From assembly GCA_031424795.1 (NCBI GenBank), contig JANPIC010000133.1, positions 12,634 through 76,633 of the forward strand: DNA of 64,000 nt. The letters run 5' to 3'. Source of the DNA: Polaromonas sp. Lineage in GTDB: Bacteria; Pseudomonadota; Gammaproteobacteria; Burkholderiales; Burkholderiaceae_C. How positions within the stretch are numbered: position 1 is the stretch's first letter; each line of letters starts with the position of its first letter. A program made the translations under genes and the position numbers. Below are positions 57,135 through 64,000 of the stretch, piece after piece. Below the pieces are notes generated by a model. The model searched no databases. It worked only from the letters and a program-made list of their open reading frames with translations, and was not told the DNA's origin.

Positions 57135-57166
57135 AACAAAACGGCGAACTACAAATTTGCAGTTCG
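57135..57166 (-). terminator. Possible terminator after rpsT
   Basis: CGAACT-ACAAATTTGC-AGTTCG hairpin, followed on the minus strand by a T-rich tract (GTTTTGTT). Confidence 0.35.
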
Positions 57167-57186
57167 GGCGATTTGCTTAAATTGAA

Positions 57187-57489
57187 TTAAGCAGCGGCCA
57201 AGACCAGAGTCTTGACTTTGGTAGACAAACGGCTCTTATCGCGCGCTGCCTTGTTTTTGTGGAAGATGCCTTTGTCAGCCACGGTGTCAACCACAGCTTG
57301 CATCTTCGCAAAAGCTTCAGTTGCTTTTGCTTTGTCGCCAGCGATAACGGCTTTTTCGACGTTTTTCACAGCGGTACGGTATTTAGAGCGCAAAGAAGTG
57401 TTTGCAGCATTGATTTTGACGTCTTGGCGTACGCGCTTACGGCCAGAGGCTAGACGAGGGTTTTTCTTTTTTGGTTTGGCTGATGCCAT
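57187..57489 (-). CDS. rpsT: 30S ribosomal protein S20
   Basis: [39 protein letters not shown]. Confidence 0.95.
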   Translation of the reverse strand: MASAKPKKKNPRLASGRKRVRQDVKINAANTSLRSKYRTAVKNVEKAVIAGDKAKATEAFAKMQAVVDTVADKGIFHKNKAARDKSRLSTKVKTLVLAAA

Positions 57490-57526
57490 GATTTATGTTC
57501 CTTAAATGTATGTGGATGATGTCAGC

Positions 57527-57546
57527 TAAGCCTATGATTCTAGCAT
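57527..57546 (-). promoter_or_regulatory. Putative rpsT promoter
   Basis: The minus strand reads GCTAGAATCATAGGCTTAG. Confidence 0.45.
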
Positions 57547-57619
57547 TTTTGAGGACTCCAGTCCACGCATTGCTGGGCTTAGATGGCTGCGAGGCTTTTG
57601 AAATAGCGCTAAAATGGAT

Positions 57620-57635
57620 GTATTACATGTAATAC
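57620..57635 (+). promoter_or_regulatory. 16-bp perfect palindrome, candidate operator of the toxin-antitoxin operon
   Basis: GTATTACATGTAATAC lies immediately upstream of the AGGAG Shine-Dalgarno of the RHH antitoxin gene. Confidence 0.5.
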
Positions 57636-57647
57636 AGGAGTTCTGAC

Positions 57648-57884
57648 ATGTCCAGTTCCGTGATGACCATCCGCTTATCCCAAGACGATACAGTCAGATT
57701 GGCAAATTTGTCTGAAAAAACGCACCGCCCCAAATCTTTTTACATCAAAGAGGCACTTGCTCGCTATTTCGAAGATATGGAAGATCTTTATTTAGCCGAA
57801 AGCGCTATGGCTCGCATCCGCTCAGGGGAAGAGCGTACTTACACCTTAGACGAAGTAGAGGCCAAGCTTGGTTTGGCGGGTTGA
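57648..57884 (+). CDS. Type II antitoxin, ribbon-helix-helix (CopG/RelB/ParD-like)
   Basis: 78 aa. RHH N-terminus (MTIRLSQDDTVRLANLSEKTHRPKSFYIKEALARYF). Overlaps the downstream RelE/ParE gene by 17 nt. Confidence 0.8.
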   Translation: MSSSVMTIRLSQDDTVRLANLSEKTHRPKSFYIKEALARYFEDMEDLYLAESAMARIRSGEERTYTLDEVEAKLGLAG

Positions 57885-58137
57885 GCTGTCGGAGACGGCG
57901 CTTAAAAACCTCTCCAAGCTCGACAAACCAGTAGCACTACGAATTCGTAATTTTCTTCGCGACAGGCTGTCCGCATTAGACGACCCGCGCAGCATAGGCG
58001 AGGCACTTAAAGGCGCAAAGCTGGGTGATTTGTGGAAATACCGAGTCGGCGATTATCGTGCCATAGCCAGCATCGAAGACGGCAAAGTCGTCATCTTGGT
58101 TTTAGCAATTGGAAATCGTAAAGAAGTTTATCGTTGA
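57868..58137 (+). CDS. Type II toxin, RelE/ParE superfamily
   Basis: 89 aa. LKNLSKLDKPVALRI...LWKYRVGDYRAIASIEDGKVVILVLAIGNRKEVY is the canonical RelE/StbE pattern. TTG start. Confidence 0.85.
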   Translation: MVWRVELSETALKNLSKLDKPVALRIRNFLRDRLSALDDPRSIGEALKGAKLGDLWKYRVGDYRAIASIEDGKVVILVLAIGNRKEVYR

Positions 58138-58145
58138 GGCTAAGT

Positions 58146-58198
58146 TTTGCTATATTTAAAATAGCACTTTAGGCAATAAATACGCCGGCTAGAGGTGT
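58146..58198 (+). repeat. Dispersed repeat, copy J (forward), 8 nt after the relE/parE stop; left border of the low-GC cassette
   Basis: ttttgctatatttaaaatagcactttaggcaataaatacgccggctagaggtg. Shares an identical 29-nt core with copy K. Confidence 0.9.
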
Positions 58199-58243
58199 AA
58201 ATGAGGAATAAATTAGAGGTTTTATGCACTAATCTTGCATTTA

Positions 58244-58582
58244 TCAAACTTCATTTTCAAGTAACTCAGTCGCTTGAGCCAATTTTTCATTTTTGCAATA
58301 CTCGGCATAGTTTTTGCCGAATTCTTTTTTATACCAAGATCCGACAATATAGCGGCTTAAGAAATAGCTAACTCTTTGCAAAAAAATAAAGACTGGAAAG
58401 ACAATTAATATTACAAATAGCATTTCTATGCTAAGTGAATTCCATGCTATGTCACGATACCAGCGTATTGCACCCAATACAGACGTCAAAAAAAATGTAC
58501 TGTTAAGTACAATTCTCTGCATGCGTAAATTTGCATTTCGGAACTTGAAAAACTCTAATTTTTTAATTTCATCCATTTGCAC
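58244..58582 (-). CDS. Hypothetical small membrane protein (two predicted TM helices), low-GC cassette
   Basis: Hydrophobic segments IVLNSTFFLTSVLGAI and MLFVILIVFPVFIFL with a charged C-terminal tail. The likely start is ATG 58576 (AGG upstream). I recognise no family. Confidence 0.6.
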   Translation of the reverse strand: MQMDEIKKLEFFKFRNANLRMQRIVLNSTFFLTSVLGAIRWYRDIAWNSLSIEMLFVILIVFPVFIFLQRVSYFLSRYIVGSWYKKEFGKNYAEYCKNEKLAQATELLENEV

Positions 58583-58723
58583 AAACCTTATTTTTATTTA
58601 CATTTAAAACTTGAAAATATTTTTTAAACTTATGAGTGAATAATGCATTTTAGTTCTAAATAAAATAGAATTTTAGATAATAAATGCGATTGCCAAAAAC
58701 ATAAGTTATATGAAAATATGGAT

Positions 58724-59374
58724 TTAAGATTTGTCGAAACTTTGAAATTTTTCGATAAGTTCAATAATTCGTTTGGCTTGGGCTGCATACTGTTTGTAGC
58801 AGCCTTCAATATTATCAACGACCAAGCTATGGTTGCCGTTTTCTAGCTTCTGGAATGTGAGATTGTTGTAGTACTTTGCACGTTCAACAGTTTCGGCGTT
58901 GAAATCGAGGGCGCTTCGGATTTCTAGCAATGCTCTTTGAGTATCCGTGTCGAAGCTCCATATTGCGGAAACCCTAGCATCCAAAAGTGGGGTTCCGTAT
59001 TTTTGCAAAGTAAGGCTCTTTCCAGCTGGAGCTTTCTTGCTGAGGAAGAATTGATTCAATTGCTCGTCTGTAGCATGAAGGTATGGTTTAAGTACTGAGC
59101 AGATCTTCTGCGCATCAGTGTCAGCAGTTTCAGTGCTTAGGTGCTTAATAAGCCATTTGAGGCTTTGCCTAGTCATTGTGCCTTGGTGCTCTTCAATGGT
59201 ATAGCTACAAAGCGCTAATTTAATCTTTAGAGAGGAAAGTTCTGATCTAATTGCTTCTCGACCAAGCTTGTTTTCTCGGAGCCGCTTTATTTCATCTACG
59301 ACTATCGGGGCTAATAGACCTAGTAGCCATCCCAAGAGCAAAAGTGCAAGCTTCTCCATGGTTTCCTTAAGCAT
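58724..59374 (-). CDS. Hypothetical protein with one N-terminal TM helix and a ~185-aa helical domain, low-GC cassette
   Basis: LALLLLGWLLGLLAPIVV anchor. The likely start is ATG 59359, preceded by AAGGA. I recognise no catalytic or family motif. Confidence 0.65.
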   Translation of the reverse strand: MLKETMEKLALLLLGWLLGLLAPIVVDEIKRLRENKLGREAIRSELSSLKIKLALCSYTIEEHQGTMTRQSLKWLIKHLSTETADTDAQKICSVLKPYLHATDEQLNQFFLSKKAPAGKSLTLQKYGTPLLDARVSAIWSFDTDTQRALLEIRSALDFNAETVERAKYYNNLTFQKLENGNHSLVVDNIEGCYKQYAAQAKRIIELIEKFQSFDKS

Positions 59375-59508
59375 TTTGTTCGAAAAGGTCTAGAAGTAAT
59401 TAGTATTGCAAAAGTTGCAAAAATTTCTTAGAGAGTAATGCAATATAACTTAAATTTCACGAAAACAGCATCAAATTTAGTCAAATTTCACTGTTAAATT
59501 ATTTAATC

Positions 59509-59568
59509 TGCTATAAATAAAATAGCGCTTTAGGCAATAAATACGCCGGCTAGAGGCATATTTAAAGG
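59509..59568 (+). repeat. Dispersed repeat, copy K (forward), right border of the low-GC cassette, upstream of murJ
   Basis: ctgctataaataaaatagcgctttaggcaataaatacgccggctagaggcatatttaaagg. Confidence 0.9.
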
Positions 59569-59667
59569 CTAAAATGGGACAAATCAGCCATAAATCCACA
59601 AAAACAAGCCAAATCTACCTTTAAACGGCTTCCGTAGCTCCGAATTAAGCCGCTAAACTCAATCCCC

Positions 59668-61239
59668 ATGTCCCTGCTCAAATCCGCCTCCGTCATCTCG
59701 CTGCTCACGCTGGTATCCCGCATCACAGGTATGGTGCGTGACCAGTTGATGGCGGCTATGTTTGGGGCTTCGGCTATGACGGATGCGTTTAACGTGGCGT
59801 TTCGGCTGCCGAATATGTTCAGGCGGCTGTTTGCGGAAGGGGCGTTTAGCCAGGCGTTTGTGCCTGTTTTGGGGGCGAGCAAGGTTAAAAACGGGGACGA
59901 GGCGACCAAGGTGTTGGTTGATCGTGTCGCCACCGTGCTGTTTTGGGTGTTGGTGCTCACTTGCGTGATTGGCGTAGCCGCTGCGCCTGCGCTGGTGTGG
60001 GTGATGGCCAGCGGGCTGCAGCAAAACCAGCAGGGGTTTGACGCTGCGGTGTTCATGGCGCGGTGGATGTTTCCTTACATTGGGTTCATGTCGCTGGTGG
60101 CGCTGGGCGCGGGGGTGCTGAACACCTACAGACGCTTTGCCGTGCCTGCCGTGACGCCTGTTTTGCTGAATATGGCGATGATTTTGGCGGCTTGGCTGGG
60201 TGCACCGTGGTTCAAAAGCATGGGGATTCAGCCGATTTACGCGATGTCTATGGGTGTTATTGGTGGTGGCGTGTTGCAGTTGGTGATGCAGTGGCTGGCG
60301 CTGCGCAAAATTGGCATGTTGCCGAAAATTCGCGCCAATTGGGCGGAAGTGAAGGCGGCTTGGGCGGATGCGGGCGTTAAAAACGTGGCTAAATTGATGC
60401 TGCCAGCGCTTCTCGGCGTGGGGGTGGCGCATATTTCGGCGATTATCAACCTGCAGATCGCCTCGCATTTAACGCCCGGCAGTGTCAGCTGGATGAGCTA
60501 CGCCGAGCGGTTGATGGAGTTTCCCACCGCCATGCTGGGCGTTGCGCTGGGCGTGGTGCTGACGCCGCGCTTGGTGGCGGCCAAGGCCAGCGGTGACGAC
60601 GCCACCTATTCCGCCATGATTGACTGGGGGCTGCGGCTGGTGATCTTGCTGGCTGTGCCTTGTACCGTGGCGTTGCTGCTGTTTGCCAAGCCGCTGGTGG
60701 CGACTTTGTTCCATTACGGCGTGTTTTCAAGCAACGATGTGCAGCAGGTGACCACGCCTTTGATGGGCTACGGCGTCGGTTTGATTGGTTTGGTCGCTAT
60801 CAAAATATTGGCGCCCGGGTTTTACGCCAGCCAAGACATCAAAACCCCAGTCAAAATCGCCATTGCTGTGCTCATCATCACCCAGCTGCTGAATATCGCA
60901 CTGGTGCCGCTGTTTGCGCACGCGGGGCTGGCGCTGGCGATTGGCTTGGGTGCGTTGATCAACGCGCTGTGGCTGCTGATTGGTTTGATCAAGCGTGGCA
61001 GCTACCAGCCGTTGCCGGGGTGGGGTAAATTCATCGCCCAAGTCGTCATTGCCAGCGCCTTATTAGGGGTCTGGTTGTGGTGGAGCGCGGGTTATGTTGA
61101 TTGGGTTGCGCTAAAAAGTGACGTTTTTAAGAGAATAATGCTTCTAGCCGGCGCATTAATTGCCTCTGCAGCTATTTATTTTATAGCATTGATGGTTGCT
61201 GGTGTGAAAATCAAGACTTTGCTGCGGGGTCAAGGCTAG
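59668..61239 (+). CDS. murJ: Lipid II flippase MurJ (MviN)
   Basis: MSLLKSASVISLLTLVSRITGMVRDQLMAAMFGAS...FRLPNMFRRLFAEGAFSQAFVP. Confidence 0.95.
   Translation: MSLLKSASVISLLTLVSRITGMVRDQLMAAMFGASAMTDAFNVAFRLPNMFRRLFAEGAFSQAFVPVLGASKVKNGDEATKVLVDRVATVLFWVLVLTCVIGVAAAPALVWVMASGLQQNQQGFDAAVFMARWMFPYIGFMSLVALGAGVLNTYRRFAVPAVTPVLLNMAMILAAWLGAPWFKSMGIQPIYAMSMGVIGGGVLQLVMQWLALRKIGMLPKIRANWAEVKAAWADAGVKNVAKLMLPALLGVGVAHISAIINLQIASHLTPGSVSWMSYAERLMEFPTAMLGVALGVVLTPRLVAAKASGDDATYSAMIDWGLRLVILLAVPCTVALLLFAKPLVATLFHYGVFSSNDVQQVTTPLMGYGVGLIGLVAIKILAPGFYASQDIKTPVKIAIAVLIITQLLNIALVPLFAHAGLALAIGLGALINALWLLIGLIKRGSYQPLPGWGKFIAQVVIASALLGVWLWWSAGYVDWVALKSDVFKRIMLLAGALIASAAIYFIALMVAGVKIKTLLRGQG
61141..61190 (-). 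repeat. Dispersed repeat, copy L (reverse), in-frame in the last TM region of MurJ
   Basis: cttctagccggcgcattaattgcctctgcagctatttattttatagcatt. Confidence 0.75.
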
Positions 61240-61279
61240 CGTGAAGAAATAAGTCTAAAAAATAGTTCAAAATAGAGCC

Positions 61280-62143
61280 ATGCAACTCGAATTTGACGTC
61301 CCAACACCTCTGGCTTATTTCAGCCTGTTGGTGAGTAGTGACGAGCATTTTCCGCTCTTGGAAGCGGCAGTTGCCATCGCGCAAGACGAATACCCCGAAT
61401 TAGACGTCGAGCAGGTGCTGGGCGAGGTCGACCAGCTCTTGGCGCGGCTGAAGCGTCGCTTGCCCGCAGACGGCACAGCATTGGCAAGATTGCGGCTTTT
61501 GAACCAGTTTTTTTACCACGACCTCGGCTTCAGCGGCAACGTCAACAACTATTACGACCCCGACAACAGCTACCCCCACGCCGTGCTGCGCACCCGCCGG
61601 GGCATTCCCATTTCATTGGCGGTGTTGTGGCTGGAGCTGGCGCAGGGCTTGGGTTTGAACGCACGCGGCGTCGCTTTTCCCGGGCATTTCATGGTGAAGG
61701 TGAATTTGCCCAAGGGGCAGGTGGTGATTGACCCGTTTACCGGCCAATCATTGAGCCGTGAAGACCTGAGTGAGCGTTTGATGCCGTTCAAACATCTGAG
61801 CGACTTGCCTGAATCCGACAAGGAAGAGGCCGATATTCCGCTCGGTTTGTATTTGCAATCCGCCAAACCGCGCGACATCATCACCCGCATGCTGCACAAC
61901 CTCAAAGAGGTGCACAAAACGGCGGAAGACTGGCAGCGCATGATTCCGGTGCAAGACCGCCAAATCGCGCTGAACCCTGATGCGTGGAGCGAATACCGCG
62001 ACCGCGGTTTGGCTTTTGCCGAGCTGGGCAAGGCAACAGCGGCAGTACGTGATTTTGATGTTTACCTGCTCAATGTCACCGAGGCCCCCGATGTCAAAGC
62101 CATCGCACTGCGGGCGCAAGAGCTGCGCCGGGCGGTGATTTAA
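61280..62143 (+). CDS. SirB1/YchA-family protein (transglutaminase-like N-domain plus TPR)
   Basis: 287 aa. RRGIPISLAVLWLELAQGLGL..GVAFPGHFMVKV motif and a TPR-like C-terminus. Confidence 0.75.
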   Translation: MQLEFDVPTPLAYFSLLVSSDEHFPLLEAAVAIAQDEYPELDVEQVLGEVDQLLARLKRRLPADGTALARLRLLNQFFYHDLGFSGNVNNYYDPDNSYPHAVLRTRRGIPISLAVLWLELAQGLGLNARGVAFPGHFMVKVNLPKGQVVIDPFTGQSLSREDLSERLMPFKHLSDLPESDKEEADIPLGLYLQSAKPRDIITRMLHNLKEVHKTAEDWQRMIPVQDRQIALNPDAWSEYRDRGLAFAELGKATAAVRDFDVYLLNVTEAPDVKAIALRAQELRRAVI

Positions 62144-62174
62144 CGAAATAAGTTCGCTGGGTTAATTGAGGTTT

Positions 62175-62942
62175 TTAAGAACCTTGCGAACCCCGATGCG
62201 CCCATGCTGTGGTGTGGCGCTCGATGTAGCTGAAAAATTCGTACATGGCCATGGCCATCGCACCAATCACCACCAAGCCTGCAAAAGCCAAAGCCAAGCG
62301 CTGTTGCGAACTAGCCGTTTGCATGAGGTAGCCAATGCCTGAATCCCCTGCGGTCATCTCGGCCAGTACCGTTCCCACAAACGCCAAGGTGATGGCGATT
62401 TTGAGCGATGCATAAAAGTAAGGCAAGGAACGTGGCAAGCCGACTTTGACCAGCACATCCCAACGCTTCGCACCCAGCACTCGCAACACGTCTTCGAGTT
62501 CAGGCTCCAGCGTTGCCAAACCTGTGGCGATGTTGACGGTGATGGGGAAGAAAGAGATTAAAAAAGCAGTCAAGATGCCTGGACCAATGCCAATGCCAAA
62601 CCACACCACCAAGATTGGCACGATAGCGGCTTTGGGGACGGCGTTGAAGGCGACCAAGAGCGGAAACACGGCGGCGTAAACCAAACGGGCTGATCCGACC
62701 AAAAAGCCCAAGAGCACACCGACCACAATCGACAGACCAAAACCCACCATGGTCACCCAAAAGGTTTGCCAAGCAGCGCCAGCAATAGGGCCCGCAAACT
62801 CAAACATGGCTTGACCGATTAGTAAGGGGCTAGGAAAGATGAATTCTGGGATGTTGAACAGACTGCAAATGCCCTGCCACAGTGCCAGCAAGACCACAAA
62901 TAATATTAAAGGCGAATAGGCTTCTAGTTTTTTGGAGTTCAT
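62175..62942 (-). CDS. ABC transporter permease (NitT/TauT, SsuC/TauC-like)
   Basis: Six TM helices and a binding-protein-dependent transport EAA-like loop (LEDVLRVLGAKRWDVL). Confidence 0.8.
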   Translation of the reverse strand: MNSKKLEAYSPLILFVVLLALWQGICSLFNIPEFIFPSPLLIGQAMFEFAGPIAGAAWQTFWVTMVGFGLSIVVGVLLGFLVGSARLVYAAVFPLLVAFNAVPKAAIVPILVVWFGIGIGPGILTAFLISFFPITVNIATGLATLEPELEDVLRVLGAKRWDVLVKVGLPRSLPYFYASLKIAITLAFVGTVLAEMTAGDSGIGYLMQTASSQQRLALAFAGLVVIGAMAMAMYEFFSYIERHTTAWAHRGSQGS

Positions 62943-63760
62943 GCTGCCTTTCCCGCCAAACTAGCGCCAGCGCCACCTCGGATGGCACCAATATGACCAC
63001 GCAGCTCGTGCACGATCTCACTAAACTCAGACGTGTAGGTGATTTCTAAATCTCGCGGCCTAGGCAAATCAATCTTACGCTCCACGACAAAACGACCTGG
63101 ATTTTTGGACATCACAAACACCTTGTCGGCCAGAAAAACAGATTCGCGCAAATCATGCGTGACCAAAATGACGTTGAATTTTTGCAATTGATGCAAATCG
63201 CGCAGCACGCACCATAGCTCCTCTTTGGTGAAGGCGTCAAGAGCACCAAACGGCTCGTCTAGCAGCAGCATTTTGGGTTCGTGAATCAATGCGCGGCAAA
63301 TGCTGGCACGCTGTTGCATGCCGCCCGACAACTGCCACGGAAACTTGTCCGCATAGCCGTCTAATCCTACAGTTTTGAGCAATTGCCGCGCACGTGCTTC
63401 GTACTCTGCGCGTTTGGCTTTGAGGCTGCTGCGGTAGGGTTCTACGATTTCTAGCGGTAACATGACATTGTCCAGCGTGGTGCGCCAAGGCAACAATGAG
63501 GGCGCTTGAAACGCCATGCCCGATATTTTGAGTGGCCCCGTCACAGGCGCACCATCCACATGAATGCTGCCGCGCGTGGGCATTTTCAAGCCCGTCGTCA
63601 ACTTCATGAAGGTGGATTTACCGCAACCCGATGGTCCTACGATGGCGATAAATTCGCCCTCAGTGACCGACAGGTTAATGTCCTCAACCGCAAACTGGTT
63701 TTGCGCCAACAGCTCGTCGTTGTAGGCCAGCCAGACATTTTTAAAATCAACAAACGCCAT
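62939..63760 (-). CDS. ABC transporter ATP-binding protein (SsuB/TauB-like)
   Basis: GPSGCGKST, LSGGMQQRASICRAL and LLLDEPFGALD. 4-nt overlap with the permease gene. Confidence 0.85.
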   Translation of the reverse strand: MAFVDFKNVWLAYNDELLAQNQFAVEDINLSVTEGEFIAIVGPSGCGKSTFMKLTTGLKMPTRGSIHVDGAPVTGPLKISGMAFQAPSLLPWRTTLDNVMLPLEIVEPYRSSLKAKRAEYEARARQLLKTVGLDGYADKFPWQLSGGMQQRASICRALIHEPKMLLLDEPFGALDAFTKEELWCVLRDLHQLQKFNVILVTHDLRESVFLADKVFVMSKNPGRFVVERKIDLPRPRDLEITYTSEFSEIVHELRGHIGAIRGGAGASLAGKAA

Positions 63761-63786
63761 GAGGCTGTCCTAACGAGTTTTGTCTA

Positions 63787-64000
63787 TTACTTTTTAGCGG
63801 GTGCAGCTTTTGCAGCTGGCAGCACAGCATTCAAAGCAGCATCGCTAGGCAAGAAGCTGCCATTCCAAATTGCATTACGATCAACGCGGGTTTTTGTGCC
63901 GAAGGCATCAGACACTTGGCTCGCCATCAGCGACAAACGGCCATCGCTGACCTTGCCGAAGCCCTCAGTACGTGCGTCCGGGCTGTTGATGACCGTGTCA
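63787..64000 (-). CDS. Probable ABC substrate-binding protein, C-terminal end (5' part outside the window)
   Basis: The minus-strand frame is open to the window edge (...DTVINSPDARTEGFGKVSDGRLSLMASQVSDAFGTKTRVDRNAIWNGSFLPSDAALNAVLPAAKAAPAKK*). It lies just upstream of the ATPase and permease genes. The call rests on context only. Confidence 0.5.
   Translation of the reverse strand, partial: DTVINSPDARTEGFGKVSDGRLSLMASQVSDAFGTKTRVDRNAIWNGSFLPSDAALNAVLPAAKAAPAKK

Noticed and set aside
58630-58818. 62-aa minus-strand ORF spanning the AT-rich spacer and overlapping the 3' end of the 216-aa gene.
   Set aside because: It overlaps the longer ORF in another frame, lies mostly in DNA of roughly 20% G+C (11/60 in the one sampled line) where random ORFs are short and Ile/Lys/Asn-rich, and has no SD. 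I cannot fully exclude a small protein or an RNA gene in the spacer.
59562-60468. Two overlapping minus-strand ORFs (164 aa and 269 aa) opposite murJ.
   Set aside because: MurJ on the + strand is unambiguous. The antisense translations are Arg/His/Pro-rich nonsense.

Overview
This is a 64-kb chromosomal segment from a betaproteobacterium. Three Bug/TctC-type binding proteins and the gene orders rpsP-rimM-trmD-rplS, trxB/crp-ftsK-lolA-rarA and ppc/hemCDXY point to Burkholderiales, probably Comamonadaceae; that placement is an inference. I call 65 protein genes (two cut by the window edges) and one tRNA-Leu(CAA). There are no rRNA genes, CRISPR arrays, transposases or integrases. Most of the window is housekeeping: translation (rpsP, rimM, trmD, rplS, rpmB, rpmG, rpsT, rsgA, trmL, orn, a DEAD-box helicase), envelope and division (ftsK, lolA, murJ, mltB), heme synthesis (hemCDXY), ppc, trxB, cysM, a livHMGF-type ABC importer, PiT/DUF47, KefC-like and MscS-like channels, and competence genes (comF, comEC).

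Small accessory modules are interspersed: LysR-Bug-RraA-like-2-hydroxyacid dehydrogenase, LysR-tartrate/D-malate dehydrogenase-Bug, cysM-P450-Nudix, and MoxR-DUF58-transglutaminase.

Five observations stand out:
- **Foreign cassette.** A segment at about 58.2-59.5 kb has only 18-40% G+C in sampled lines. It lies between rpsT and murJ, next to a RelE/RHH toxin-antitoxin pair, and encodes two membrane proteins I cannot assign to any family. It is my best candidate for an undescribed, possibly defence or abortive-infection type, system.
- **Dispersed repeat family.** A 50-70 bp two-hairpin repeat occurs at least 13 times. It follows stop codons, brackets the accessory cassettes, and sits in-frame inside seven genes.
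- **Repeat-encoded peptides.** The in-frame copies encode the LolA and MltB signal peptides and the HemX membrane anchor. They also add peptide inserts to HemD, a BioC-like methyltransferase, ComEC and MurJ.
- **Helicase tail.** The DEAD-box helicase carries 12 tandem 18-bp units plus an RGG-rich tail.
- **Promoter signature.** An extended -10 motif, TATAAT-N3-AGGCT, is shared by six translation-related transcription units.
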